64,000 nt of DNA from Candidatus Poribacteria bacterium (lineage in GTDB: Bacteria > Poribacteria > WGA-4E > WGA-3G), in contig CBDBFU010000028.1 of the NCBI GenBank assembly GCA_965205025.1, positions 160,001 through 224,000 on the forward strand, given 5' to 3'. Position numbers and translations under genes: made by a program. A model generated the notes under the pieces. It was not told the origin of the DNA. It ran no database searches and saw only the letters and a list, made by a program, of their open reading frames with translations. Below are positions 1 through 10,500 of the stretch, piece by piece (position 1 is the first letter of the stretch; the number at the start of each line of letters is the position of its first letter).

Positions 1-1
1 T

Positions 2-388
2 ATCATTTCTGGACCTTTTAATCAGCTGGTCACTATTTCAGATATTCGTAATGCATATATGTTTGTCCAAATGACGGTAGGAGATATTCGTCCGAGAGAT
101 ACACTTCTCGGTCAGAACTACCCAAATCCATTTAACCCAGAAACCTGGATTCCGTATCAGATAAGTAATCCAACTGACGTTTCGATCCTGATTTATAATC
201 ACACGGGACATATAGTAAAAACACTGGAACTTGGTATGAAACCAGTAGGTATCTACGTGGACCGTTCGCAGGCTGCATATTGGGATGGGACAAATGAAAC
301 TGGTGAATCCGTAGCAAGTGGTGTGTACTTCTATACGCTCATCGCTGGCGAATTTTCTGCTACACGCAAGATGTTAATAATGAAATAG
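2..388 (+). CDS. C-terminal part of a secreted protein with an FlgD-Ig/T9SS-like C-terminal domain (5' truncated by the window edge)
   Basis: Frame is open from position 2; motifs LGQNYPNPFNPETWIPYQ, VKTLELG, AAYWDGTNETGESVASGVYFYTL, TRKMLIMK. Confidence 0.85.
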   Translation: MISGPFNQLVTISDIRNAYMFVQMTVGDIRPRDTLLGQNYPNPFNPETWIPYQISNPTDVSILIYNHTGHIVKTLELGMKPVGIYVDRSQAAYWDGTNETGESVASGVYFYTLIAGEFSATRKMLIMK

Positions 389-604
389 CATAACTCATGG
401 GTCATCTGATACAATCTATAGGTAATCTTTATTGGATGTGTAGCGTTATATTGTAATATTAGGTCAGAATCATTTAGTATCCTTAAACCTCATAATCAAT
501 ATGAGCTTAATATAGAAGAAACTTAGTTTCGAATTCTTTAGTATCTTGAATTATTAATCATTATGGTTTATAATTCAGATAAAATTATTGTAGAAGGATC
601 GGAT

Positions 605-1345
605 ATGGGAATTACAGATAAAGAGAAAGAATTTTATGAATCAAATGGATATCTATTGAAAAAAGGACTTGTCTCTGCGGAGGATATTGAGAGTATTCTT
701 GAAGAGATTGACGATATCCATAATCGTATGGCAGAGAATCCCACGGAAGGTATAGGAATTTCGTGGGAAGTATACGAAGATGATCCTGATCATCCCCCTC
801 TTATAAAACAATTAATGCATAGTGAAGTAGTTAGTGCTACACTCAACAAACTACTTAGATCTGATGATGTTCTCGATGTTTTAGAGGGAATGATGGGACC
901 TGACATATCATTATATCACAGTAAGCTGCTTCCGAAGGCTGGTGGTGATGGTACTGCGATTCCATGGCATCAGGATTATGCTTATTGGAAGAATGATAAC
1001 AATAAACCCGTGATGATTAATTGTCAGTTAGCAATTAGTGAAGCGAACCTTGATAACGGTTGCATACAATTTGTGCCTGGTAGCCATAATTGGGGATTAC
1101 AGGAACACGAACGCAAACAACAGACCTTCGGTGTCTTTCTTCCCGGTCACTATCAGGAACGTGAAGATGCTGTTGCTGTTGAAATGGAACCCGGTGATGG
1201 TGTCTTTTTTAATGCCCTCATAATACATGGGTCGGCACCAAATCTATCCAAGAAAGATAGATTGATGAATACCTTTGCCTATAATGTAACGGGTAACGGT
1301 ACATCTCAATCTCGTGAAGTCTTACGGGGCAAGGAACTAAATTAA
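605..1345 (+). CDS. Phytanoyl-CoA dioxygenase family (PhyH, Fe(II)/2-oxoglutarate dioxygenase)
   Basis: FYESNGYL N-terminus, PWHQD (HxD), DNGCIQFVPGSH, IIHGSAPN..R; ATG 605 preferred over 563. Confidence 0.9.
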   Translation: MGITDKEKEFYESNGYLLKKGLVSAEDIESILEEIDDIHNRMAENPTEGIGISWEVYEDDPDHPPLIKQLMHSEVVSATLNKLLRSDDVLDVLEGMMGPDISLYHSKLLPKAGGDGTAIPWHQDYAYWKNDNNKPVMINCQLAISEANLDNGCIQFVPGSHNWGLQEHERKQQTFGVFLPGHYQEREDAVAVEMEPGDGVFFNALIIHGSAPNLSKKDRLMNTFAYNVTGNGTSQSREVLRGKELN

Positions 1346-1347
1346 AA

Positions 1348-2355
1348 ATGAAAATAGGTTGTATTAGGATCTATCTCATTTTGTTGTTAATTGGAATCAT
1401 CTGTGGTTGTGGTGAGGATGAAGCCGGGAATAAGAATTTAGCACCGGTAATTTCTGTCTTTGAAGCAGAATCTGAGTTGGTTCAACCGGGTGGAAATGTT
1501 GTTATTCACTTAGAAGCTGTTGACCTTGAGAACGATATTTTGACTTACGAATGGTCGGTTGATTATGGAGAAATACAAGGAGATGCATCTGGTGCGACTT
1601 GGACTGCACCTGAAACAGAACGTAAGTATCAAATACAGGTAGTTGTTAGCGATGGTGAGAATACTACGACCAGTTCACTTGATATACAGGTGTGGAAAAT
1701 ACGTCCTGGCGATTATTATCCTTTAGCTGTTGGTAATATATGGCGTTACAGAGACGATGCTGACACGCAAATCGTTTTTGAGATTGTTGATACAATACAG
1801 ATCCAACTGGCAGGTGGAAAAACAGTTGAGAGTTATGTTCTGCAAAAATCGAGTTCAGAAGAAGGTTTAGAGAACATTGTCAACTATTCCTATTTGGGTT
1901 TTGATAGGGACGATGATGGTGAAATATCCGCCATCCTGCAACATGCCCAAAATACTAAATCCGGCACGGAAGACACGATTATGTTCACACCTTTTATTCC
2001 ATTATATCAATTTCCTCTCATCACAGGGGAGAAATGGGAAGTTAATTTTGAAGCAGGATTAGTTCCGGAACTCTTTCCCCTCGGTGGAGGCGTGGATGCC
2101 TTTGAAGTCCTCTCTGAAGAAACGGTTTCTGTTCCAGTAGGCACATTTGATAGTGTCTTCTTAGTACAAGAGACATTTCAATGGGGATTCGATATTGGTG
2201 CCAATCAAGATTTTCCAATAGACTTAACTGTAGTTCAAAAATGGCTTGCTCCTAATGTAGGTATAATTAAATTTACGCAATCACAAACTCGTGGGGAAGA
2301 AAAAGTAGTATCTGTCTTTGAGCTTGAATCCTATGAGTTAAATCAATCTAATTAG
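1348..2355 (+). CDS. Putative lipoprotein with an N-terminal PKD/Ig-like domain
   Basis: Lipobox-like ICGC after a hydrophobic signal; N.APVI...D.END.LTYEWS; C-terminal YYPLAVGN.W.Y / ETVSVPVGTF / WLAPNVGIIK domain. Confidence 0.7.
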   Translation: MKIGCIRIYLILLLIGIICGCGEDEAGNKNLAPVISVFEAESELVQPGGNVVIHLEAVDLENDILTYEWSVDYGEIQGDASGATWTAPETERKYQIQVVVSDGENTTTSSLDIQVWKIRPGDYYPLAVGNIWRYRDDADTQIVFEIVDTIQIQLAGGKTVESYVLQKSSSEEGLENIVNYSYLGFDRDDDGEISAILQHAQNTKSGTEDTIMFTPFIPLYQFPLITGEKWEVNFEAGLVPELFPLGGGVDAFEVLSEETVSVPVGTFDSVFLVQETFQWGFDIGANQDFPIDLTVVQKWLAPNVGIIKFTQSQTRGEEKVVSVFELESYELNQSN

Positions 2356-2366
2356 AGAGTATTATA

Positions 2367-3383
2367 TTGATGGGAGTAAACCGACCTAAAATCTTAACAA
2401 CGACAGTGGGTTCGTATCCTGTTCCTGCGTGGTTACATGCAACACCAACAGAACAGTCCTTAATAGATGCTACCCGTGTTGTTGTAGATATTCAACGACA
2501 AAAGGGTATTGACCTACCCACCGATGGAGAACTCTATCGGTTTGATGTGAACCATCCTGAAACAAACGGGATGATCGATTATTTTATAAGACCTTTATCA
2601 GGAATAAGTTCAGAAGTAGGTCGACAAGATTGGAATGAGTTTAGACAGATGCATACTATGTCGTTTCGAGCAAAACCTGCAGGAGTTGTGGAAGGTGAAT
2701 TAGGTGAAGGGACACTCAATCTTGTATCAGATTGTGCGCGGGCTGTTAGTGTTGCTGGTAGAAACCTGAAATTTACTGTTACTAGTCCATATATGCTTGC
2801 TCGTACTCTACTTGACAAATATTATGAGGATTTTGACGCTCTACTCTCTTCTTTATCTGAAGTATTAGCTGCCCAAGTAAAAGAGTTAGATTGTGAATGC
2901 ATTCAAATTGATGAGGCAAATATCCCTGGTAACCCAAAAGATGGACCTCGTGCAGCGAAAGCAATTAATATTCTTCTTGATGCATTTGAAGGAAAAAAGG
3001 CAGTTCATTTTTGCTTTGGTAATTATGGTGGTCAGGTCATACAAACGGGTGGTTGGGAAGCACTTATTGATTTCCTAAACTCGCTTCGATGCGATCATCT
3101 TGTATTAGAGTTAGCACATCGACCTGAAGCTGATCTTGAAGCACTTAAAGGCGTAACCACCGATATTACACTTGGTATTGGTGTGATTGATGTAAAGGTG
3201 AACCCTATAGAAACACCTGATGATGTTGCTATGAGTATAGAAAAGGCGGAGAAGGTGCTGGGAACCGGGAGAGTCGGTTGGATTCATCCTGATTGTGGAT
3301 TCTGGATGCTTCAACGTTCTATTGTTGATCAGAAGATAGAATCTCTTGTTAAAGGTAGGGATAAATATCTTGGCATAGATTAG
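2367..3383 (+). CDS. Cobalamin-independent methionine synthase family, single-barrel (core MetE-like) enzyme
   Basis: TTVGSYP, TDGE.YR, IQIDE, Zn ligands HFC, VLE and PDCG; 338 aa is about half of canonical MetE. Confidence 0.85.
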   Translation: MMGVNRPKILTTTVGSYPVPAWLHATPTEQSLIDATRVVVDIQRQKGIDLPTDGELYRFDVNHPETNGMIDYFIRPLSGISSEVGRQDWNEFRQMHTMSFRAKPAGVVEGELGEGTLNLVSDCARAVSVAGRNLKFTVTSPYMLARTLLDKYYEDFDALLSSLSEVLAAQVKELDCECIQIDEANIPGNPKDGPRAAKAINILLDAFEGKKAVHFCFGNYGGQVIQTGGWEALIDFLNSLRCDHLVLELAHRPEADLEALKGVTTDITLGIGVIDVKVNPIETPDDVAMSIEKAEKVLGTGRVGWIHPDCGFWMLQRSIVDQKIESLVKGRDKYLGID

Positions 3384-3413
3384 TAGAGTTTCTCATAGAT
3401 ACCTATAATTGCA

Positions 3414-3446
3414 GTAGGTGGTGTGTGTTGTATCACATACCACCTA
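3414..3446 (+). terminator. Probable intrinsic terminator
   Basis: Stem TAGGTGGTGTGTG / CACATACCACCTA followed by TTTT. Confidence 0.6.
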
Positions 3447-3514
3447 TTTTATTAGTAGTTGGCAAGCAATATTCGGTTTTAATCTTTGTGTGTATTGGTA
3501 GGTATCATGATATT

Positions 3515-3629
3515 ATACTATTTCTATAAATTATTGTCTCATTAGGCGGTTATTATGGTAGTCATTTTTCAGGTCACAAACTGAAAGTTTGTGGTACAAA
3601 AAAGAGACATTTTCAATTAGAAATGGTAT
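3515..3629. mobile_element. Degenerate MITE-like shell carrying a REP-B hairpin
   Basis: Imperfect IR ATACTATTTCTA...TGTCTC / GAGACA...TAGAAATGGTAT; core CACAAACTGAAAGTTTGTGGTAC at 3575-3597. Confidence 0.5.
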
Positions 3630-3724
3630 TACCTAAATCTAACAGTTTGCAGTACATGACAAATTGTCATTCAACTTGCGTAAGACAGCACTTACGTTTA
3701 TTCGATTAGTAGTTAGATATCAGT

Positions 3725-3973
3725 ATGAAAAAGTATCAGAATATAGCGGGAATTGCAGGAATCATCGGATTAATTCTTGGGATAACAATTCCGAGTATAG
3801 GTATGTTATTATACAATTGGAACTGTCCGTTTGGAAACGGTATTCTACAAAGAATTGGTTTTCTGGTTGTTAGTGGATTTGGAAGTGCGGTTGTAATTGG
3901 TAACCTTGTTGGAATTTTATTGATTGGAATATTAAGATTATATTCTTATTTTCAACAAAAAGATGGAGGTTAG
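3725..3973 (+). CDS. Small membrane protein (2 TM)
   Basis: 82-aa ORF with two hydrophobic segments; stop is 1 nt before the next ATG. Confidence 0.6.
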   Translation: MKKYQNIAGIAGIIGLILGITIPSIGMLLYNWNCPFGNGILQRIGFLVVSGFGSAVVIGNLVGILLIGILRLYSYFQQKDGG

Positions 3974-3974
3974 A

Positions 3975-4799
3975 ATGGGAATAGAGATACTTAATCTGGA
4001 TTTAATGTATATTCTGCTGCTTATGGGAGTTGGTATATGTGCAGGGTTTGTCAACACAGTTGCTTTCGGAGGTTCATTGTTAACTCTTCCTGCCTTAGTT
4101 TTCGTCATGGAAGCCATTCCCAGTTTTTCTTCTGGTATTCAAGTGACTGCCATTGCAAATGGAACGAATAGGATTGCGATATTTTTTCAAAATTTCAGTG
4201 CGATCTTAGGGTTTCGTAGCAAAGGTGTGTCAAACTTCCGACATGCCATCTCCCTAACTATCCCCGCCGTCATAGGTGCGTCAATTGGTGCTTTTATAGG
4301 TACCGAAATTCCAGATAAAGCCTTTAAACCTATTCTTGCTGTTGTCATGGTTTCAATGCTTCTATTGGCACTATTTAACCCAACTGAACTATTACAGAGG
4401 AAAGTAAATCCAAGTGGAGCTCAACATAAGATAATCACTACAATTGCACTCTTTTTTGTTGGTATCTATGGTGGATTCATTCAAGCAGGTGTGGGTCTGT
4501 TAGTTATTGCTACGTTACGTATTCTTGATGGTGGTGATCTTGTTATTACGAATGCACATAAGGTATTTATAATCTTTTTCTATACGATTATTGCACTTGG
4601 AATCTTTGTCAGTAAAGGACAAGTGAATTGGGTTTTAGGTATTTCGCTTGCATTCGGAAATGCTACAGGTGCATGGATTGGTAGTAATTTTGCAGTGAAG
4701 ATGGGAGATAAGTGGATCAAAGTGGTTCTAATAATAGCAGTTATCGGGTCTGTGACGAAATTGTTGTATGATACCCTTAGAGTATATGGGGTGGTATAA
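3975..4799 (+). CDS. Sulfite exporter TauE/SafE family permease
   Basis: AGFVNTVAFGGSLLTLP, ANGTNR, GIYGGFIQAGVG; multiple TM segments; RBS GGAGG before ATG 3975. Confidence 0.85.
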   Translation: MGIEILNLDLMYILLLMGVGICAGFVNTVAFGGSLLTLPALVFVMEAIPSFSSGIQVTAIANGTNRIAIFFQNFSAILGFRSKGVSNFRHAISLTIPAVIGASIGAFIGTEIPDKAFKPILAVVMVSMLLLALFNPTELLQRKVNPSGAQHKIITTIALFFVGIYGGFIQAGVGLLVIATLRILDGGDLVITNAHKVFIIFFYTIIALGIFVSKGQVNWVLGISLAFGNATGAWIGSNFAVKMGDKWIKVVLIIAVIGSVTKLLYDTLRVYGVV

Positions 4800-4862
4800 A
4801 ACAACGGTAGGAAGATTGGAAGAATGGATGGGTAAAAGAATAGAGATGTTTGGATAGTAGTC

Positions 4863-5462
4863 TTATTTTGGGATATTGAAACTTTCCAAACGGCAGTTGA
4901 TTAATTCTTCTGTTGATATCTTAGATAATTCATGTAATAGTGTGAGTATTTCCATCTGGAGATCATCTTGTTTATGGGTGATTTTCAGATGGTTTTGTTT
5001 TAACTTTGATAGTTCTATGGGTTTTTGATTATTCGGTATAACTATAATGGAACCATCTACCGACTCAAATTCTTCTGCGATGTCTTTCCAATCGTAACTT
5101 TCATCAAAAACTGTAATGATAGGGTGAGGAAATCTAAGTATTTCTGTTTGTATATTACCAATTGCGGTACTTAATGCTAAAGAGGTATTATATAATTTTA
5201 TGGCAGATTGACGTATTGGTAAATTCCAGAATGTGGCAGGTAAATTAAGACGTTGTGCAAGATTGATTAATCTATACAGTCGTCTCCAATCATGTGTTTC
5301 TTTAAGACTCTGTGAATTCCCATGAACTAATAGAATCTTCTGATTCTGCAGTTCAGCTAAGCCGGCAAATTCAAAGTTTCCTTGTCCGCCAGCTCTGTCC
5401 CCATAGAGTTGTATAGTTTTTGTAAAATGATTGTGATTATAGTTAAAATCAAGTGAAGACAT
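4863..5462 (-). CDS. Degenerate AccA-like protein (carboxyltransferase alpha fold), catalytic motifs missing
   Basis: LYGDR, AGLAEL, RRLYRLINLAQRLNLP, AIGNI..ILRFPHPIITV and LHELSKISTEELINCR are collinear with AccA; NFGMP, DTPGA and GEGGSGG are absent. Confidence 0.6.
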   Translation of the reverse strand: MSSLDFNYNHNHFTKTIQLYGDRAGGQGNFEFAGLAELQNQKILLVHGNSQSLKETHDWRRLYRLINLAQRLNLPATFWNLPIRQSAIKLYNTSLALSTAIGNIQTEILRFPHPIITVFDESYDWKDIAEEFESVDGSIIVIPNNQKPIELSKLKQNHLKITHKQDDLQMEILTLLHELSKISTEELINCRLESFNIPK

Positions 5463-5475
5463 TTTATACTACTAT

Positions 5476-5514
5476 AAAAAAAGCAGGGAGGTGTAGTTTT
5501 CTGCACCTCCCTGC
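5476..5514 (-). terminator. Intrinsic terminator of the giant protein-PorV-LysM operon
   Basis: GCAGGGAGGTG..CACCTCCCTGC stem with a 7-T tract on the minus strand. Confidence 0.8.
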
Positions 5515-5536
5515 CAGAATGATCTAATGAATTTAA

Positions 5537-6400
5537 TTATTCGCCGCTTCGTCCACCGATTGAACTAAGAACGAACCAACCGATTCCAGCGACAGCAGTT
5601 GTTACGAATACCAGAGCACGTTTTCCTGAAGATACCTCTTCATGTATACCTTTAGCATTCTTAATCATCATCTGTAATTCACTGATAGCCTTTTGATTTG
5701 TCTCAATTTTCATCAGAATAGATTTTACACTTTCTTGAATATTTCCAATAGAATCTTGAGTTGCCTTCAGATCTTTCTGAAGTGCTCCTAACATCTCATT
5801 AGAAGAATCAAGATGTCCGTGTAAATCTTCTAACTGTTTTACTATTGCATTCTTAGCATTTCTAACAGCTTTCTTGACATCAGCAGTGGATTCATCACCA
5901 GACTTCTTGACAGCATCAACGACTTTATCCTGTGATTTTAGGCTGTTTTCCAAAGCTTTAATTTGAGCTTGAAGTTTAGCAGTACTTCCCTTCATAGCTT
6001 CAATATCAGCCATCAATTTTTCACGTTTTGCCTCAGATTCTTCAAGTTCTGCACGTAGTTTATCTAATTCATCCTTTTCAATTTTTACGACATCTTCGGC
6101 ATCATCAACAATTTCCTTTGCCAAGGAAACAGGAATACGCAACTTTTCACCTGGATAAATCAGGTCAGGATTGGTGAAGTCATTATACTTTTTCAATTCT
6201 GGCCATTTTGTAGGATCTTTTAAGTGTTCTTGACAGAGATCCCAGAGTGTATCACCCTTAACAATAGTGATTAACTTGGTTTCTTCATCAGTCTCCTTTG
6301 GAGTAATCCGTGCGGAGGCAGATAAGACATAAACACCAGTAAGAGCAACACATATATAGAGAACCAGTGTTAATTTTAAAGTGTTTTTAATAATAGTCAT
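5537..6400 (-). CDS. LysM peptidoglycan-binding protein with long coiled coil and C-terminal TM helix
   Basis: Signal peptide; IVKGDTLWDL...W..L...N.FTNPDLIYPGEKLRIP; heptad region; hydrophobic C-terminus. Confidence 0.85.
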   Translation of the reverse strand: MTIIKNTLKLTLVLYICVALTGVYVLSASARITPKETDEETKLITIVKGDTLWDLCQEHLKDPTKWPELKKYNDFTNPDLIYPGEKLRIPVSLAKEIVDDAEDVVKIEKDELDKLRAELEESEAKREKLMADIEAMKGSTAKLQAQIKALENSLKSQDKVVDAVKKSGDESTADVKKAVRNAKNAIVKQLEDLHGHLDSSNEMLGALQKDLKATQDSIGNIQESVKSILMKIETNQKAISELQMMIKNAKGIHEEVSSGKRALVFVTTAVAGIGWFVLSSIGGRSGE

Positions 6401-6420
6401 CAGTATTCTCCTCTTTGGTG

Positions 6421-7434
6421 TTAAAATTCATAGGAGACAGAAACATAATGGGTGCTTCCTGCTCCACTGATTTCACTTGCCATACCATCTTGTATAGCAT
6501 AGTCAACCTGCAGTCCAGCAATGTTAACCCCAAATCCACCATAAAGCGTTCGTACATCACGTGATGCTTTCATCCCAGTACGTAGTGCGAAGTTGGTAGA
6601 TCTGTTAGTGAAAAGGTTATATTCAACACCGCCGCGGAGGCTGGTTGCACTTTCATCAAGATTAACGAATTCCTGTTCAATATCAACGGCGAATGTTACA
6701 ACATTCCCCATGTATAGATCATAAGCTACACCAGCATTCACTACCATTGGTACAGTTGCTTCACCTATAGAAGCCCCAAGGTATTTTGCGACCAACCCAT
6801 AATGGAATGTTGGAACCATTGCCTCATGATGTTGGTTATGTAATGCTTGATCCATCATATCTTCAGCAACATCAATGTGTAATGCATGTCCCATGATCCC
6901 GATATCTACACCGCCTAAACCGCTTTGGTTTTCAACAGTATCAACACCAAAGTTATCAGATAGCATACGACCTGTTAGACCGATATTGAAGTTTCCGAAA
7001 GCGATTCCATAAGAGAGTGAATAAGCATTTGTACTATAATCTGCTGTTCCACCATAGGTTGCCGATGAATCGTATATTGGGTAATTACCCACACCAGAAT
7101 TTAATGCGGCTAATCCTATTGAACCGTATGAACCGAGTGATTTTGTAATTGCGATAAAGTTATGACTTCTATCATGTGACAATCTTTGTGTAGAGAAATT
7201 TAGGCTTAGATCAGCCGCAGATCCCAGTCCGGCGGGATTCCAGACAGTTGCTGTGGCATCTTCTGCTATTGCTGTAAATGCGCCACCTAAACCGATAGAA
7301 CGCGCACCGGCACCGAGGCGTAAGTGAGGCATAGCGTTAACCTCTCCCTCAGCAAAACAGACAGGCGATATAGCCATGAGAAGTAATAATACGGGGATAA
7401 CACCGTATAGCAATTTTTGCTTTGTAGTAGACAT
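6421..7434 (-). CDS. PorV/PorQ-like (UPF0164, FadL-related) outer-membrane beta-barrel
   Basis: Signal peptide; GAGARSIGLGGAFTAIAEDATATVWNPAGL; C-terminal THYVSVSYEF. Confidence 0.85.
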   Translation of the reverse strand: MSTTKQKLLYGVIPVLLLLMAISPVCFAEGEVNAMPHLRLGAGARSIGLGGAFTAIAEDATATVWNPAGLGSAADLSLNFSTQRLSHDRSHNFIAITKSLGSYGSIGLAALNSGVGNYPIYDSSATYGGTADYSTNAYSLSYGIAFGNFNIGLTGRMLSDNFGVDTVENQSGLGGVDIGIMGHALHIDVAEDMMDQALHNQHHEAMVPTFHYGLVAKYLGASIGEATVPMVVNAGVAYDLYMGNVVTFAVDIEQEFVNLDESATSLRGGVEYNLFTNRSTNFALRTGMKASRDVRTLYGGFGVNIAGLQVDYAIQDGMASEISGAGSTHYVSVSYEF

Positions 7435-7450
7435 TAATTAATATCCTCCT

Positions 7451-7504
7451 TGGTAGCCGTTATCGTAAGTTGGACATTCTGTCCAACTTACGATTTACGG
7501 ACCA
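7451..7504. promoter_or_regulatory. Strong intercistronic hairpin without a U-tract
   Basis: 15-bp perfect stem ATCGTAAGTTGGACA-TTC-TGTCCAACTTACGAT, extended by CCGT/ACGG and TGGT/ACCA; abuts the AGGAGG RBS of the PorV-like gene. Confidence 0.7.
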
Positions 7505-7512
7505 TCTTTTAC

Positions 7513-10500
7513 TTAGCGCGTCAGTGCGAGCTTTAGCATGACGAATTCAGGTTCAATACCATCATTCACTTCTATTTGACAGAAATAGATACCTCGAGCT
7601 AAGTCTTCGCCACTGCTGGATTTACCGTCCCAACCGATTGCATTAGAACCAGCACCGGCAGGATTCTTTGTATAGTTACCAGCATCCATTACCTCGTTAT
7701 CAACAAGGACTCGGACTGGACGTAATGTAGAATCCAATATTGTGATACTAACATTTGCCCTGCGTGCGAGTACAAGAGAAATCCGAGTATTCTTACTGAA
7801 TGGGTTCGGGTAGTTGAAGGGTGCTGCCCACATAATTGGGGTGTCTCCACGCTCGACAAAGAAACTAAACTCATAAACAGCTGTGTTAGCTTCACGAGCA
7901 CCTTTATTCTTCTCAGAGACATTCCCCTGTTGATGTGCGTTGTCAGACACTTCTAACTTGACCACATATTTCCCAGGTTCCAAGTCAGCAGGAGGTGTAT
8001 AATTCACCTGTGATGCAGACTTCTGCTTGGATGTGAGGTTAATCAATTGATCATTGAAGACAAACCTGATGGAATCAACATTGACACCTGTACCAGCATC
8101 AGAATAAGCAATCGAAATATTTGGTTTACGTTCTTCATCGTGTTTATATGTCAAACGAGAACCATTTTGTGGTGATGCCATTGTGATGATAGGTGCAGCG
8201 GTATCAAAGGTAACAGTGAAGCCACCTTTTGCGGTAGAGGAATTACCGTATCCATCTGTTGCTCGAACATTAATCGTGTATGTTCCCTCTTCAAGTGGAG
8301 CATCAGGATTGAAGTCTAAGCGTGTGATTCCTTCATTGGCTCTATCTTCGTCATCATCAGAAGTTTTACCCTTCACCTCTTTGCCTTCACTGTCCATTAG
8401 GGTAATAGACATTTCTTCTACACCAGTATCATCCGTTGCACTCGCCGAGATAGTCGGGAGTCCAGCAAGGACTGTACCAGAAGGTGTAATGTTTGTAATG
8501 GCAGGTGCTGCTTCATCTACTTCTACAGTGAATGTCCATCTGAATTCCTTCGAACCACCTTCACTTGCAGCTATCAATGTTATTGAATGTGTTCCTGCAT
8601 TAAAACTATGCGTAACTTCAAACTTATTACCAGCATTATCAACTGGGTAAGAATGAGTTGGTGCAGTGTCATTAATCAGGTATTTCACACTCAAGAGATC
8701 AGACTCAGGATCAGAGATATCAGCGGAGATAGTTATTCCCATATCCTCATCAGCAACATCAGCTTTATTCAAGCGAACGACTCCTGTCGGAGCGTATGCT
8801 GAGATTATAGGTGCTGTCTTATCTTTCATCACTGAGAAAACGACCGAAGCTTCTGCTGTCTTCTTATTTGCATCAGTAACTTCAACAACAACAGTGTGCT
8901 CGCCGTCACCCAATGCTGGATCAACTGTATATGTGAGTTGGTTATCTTCAACTTCACCATCGGCATCTTCACCATTAATTGTAAATGTAGTTACATTAAC
9001 TTCCGTGGAACCCATGAATTCAGCCCTAATCACTGGTGTGCCGTGATCATAGGTTTGACCAGAAGCAGGTGAAAGGATTGAAACAGAAGGTCCAGGAATA
9101 TCAACAGTAAAGACAGTAGTTGCTTGTGCAGTCTTGCCATTGGCATCCGTCACTTCAACTGAAATTGTATGGTCGCCATGTGCTAATGCTTCAGCAAGAT
9201 CATGAGTAAATTGATTACCATCAACCTTTACTTCTGCATCTTCACCGTTAATAGAGAGTTTCACTTCTACTGGAGCGACACCTGTGAATTCACCAGCAAT
9301 AACGGGTGACCCATTATCATAGGTTAGACCTGCAGCGGGTGACTTAATTGTTACAGTAGGTTCAGGTAATCTTACGGAAAATACTGCAGTTGCTTTGGCT
9401 GTTTTACCATTCGCATCCACAACTTCTGCTACGACTGTGTATTCCCCATCATCTAAACCATCAGCAGGTGTAAATGTAAATTCGTTACCATCTACCTCTA
9501 CTTCAAGTTCTTCATCGTTAACCATTACTGTCAATTCAGGATCCACACCTGAAAATTCACCTTGAAGCATTGGTTTACCATGATCGAACAATTGTCCTGA
9601 CGCCGGTGAATGAATTGCTACTGAAGGACCAGGAATATCAACGGTAAAGACCGATGAAGTCTCAGCAGTCCTTCCATTTCCATCTGTTATTTCAACAGCA
9701 ATCGTATGTTCACCATGACTCAGAGCATCAGCCGGAGTATATGTGAATTCGTTGTTGTCGTTCACAGATGCTTCTACTACATTACCATCAATTGTCAATG
9801 CAACTACAATCTCATCAGCACCAGAGAAATTACCAGATATGACTGGTTTACCGTGGTCTAAAATCTGACCAGCAGTCGGTGATAGAATTGCAACTGTAGG
9901 TACAGGTAAACTAACGGAAAATACAACGGTTGCTTTGGCTGTTTTACCATTCGCATCTGTCGCTACTGCGACGACTGAATATTCACCATCACCGATTCCA
10001 ACTGGTGGGGTAAATGTAAACTCATTACCATCTACAACAACTGGAATAGCTTGACCATTAACTGTTACTGCAACTGTAGCCTCAACACCTGAGAACTCAC
10101 CTTGAAGCATTGGTTTACCGTGATCAAACATTTGTCCTGCAGCAGGTGAATGAATAGCTACCGTAGGACCAGGAATATCAACGGTAAAGACCGATGAAGT
10201 CTCAGCAGTTCTGCCATTTCCATCTGTCACTTCAACAGCAATCGTATGTTCACCATGACTCAGAGCATCAGCCGGAGTATATGTGAATTCGTTGTTGTCG
10301 TTCACAGATGCTTCTACTGCATTACCATCAATTGTCAATGCAACTACAATCTCATCAGCACCAGAGAAATTACCAGATATGACTGGTTTACCGTGGTCTA
10401 AAATCTGACCAGCAGTCGGTGATAGAATTGCAACTGTAGGTACAGGTAAACTAACGGAAAATACAACGGTTGCTTTGGCTGTTTTACCATTCGCATCTGT

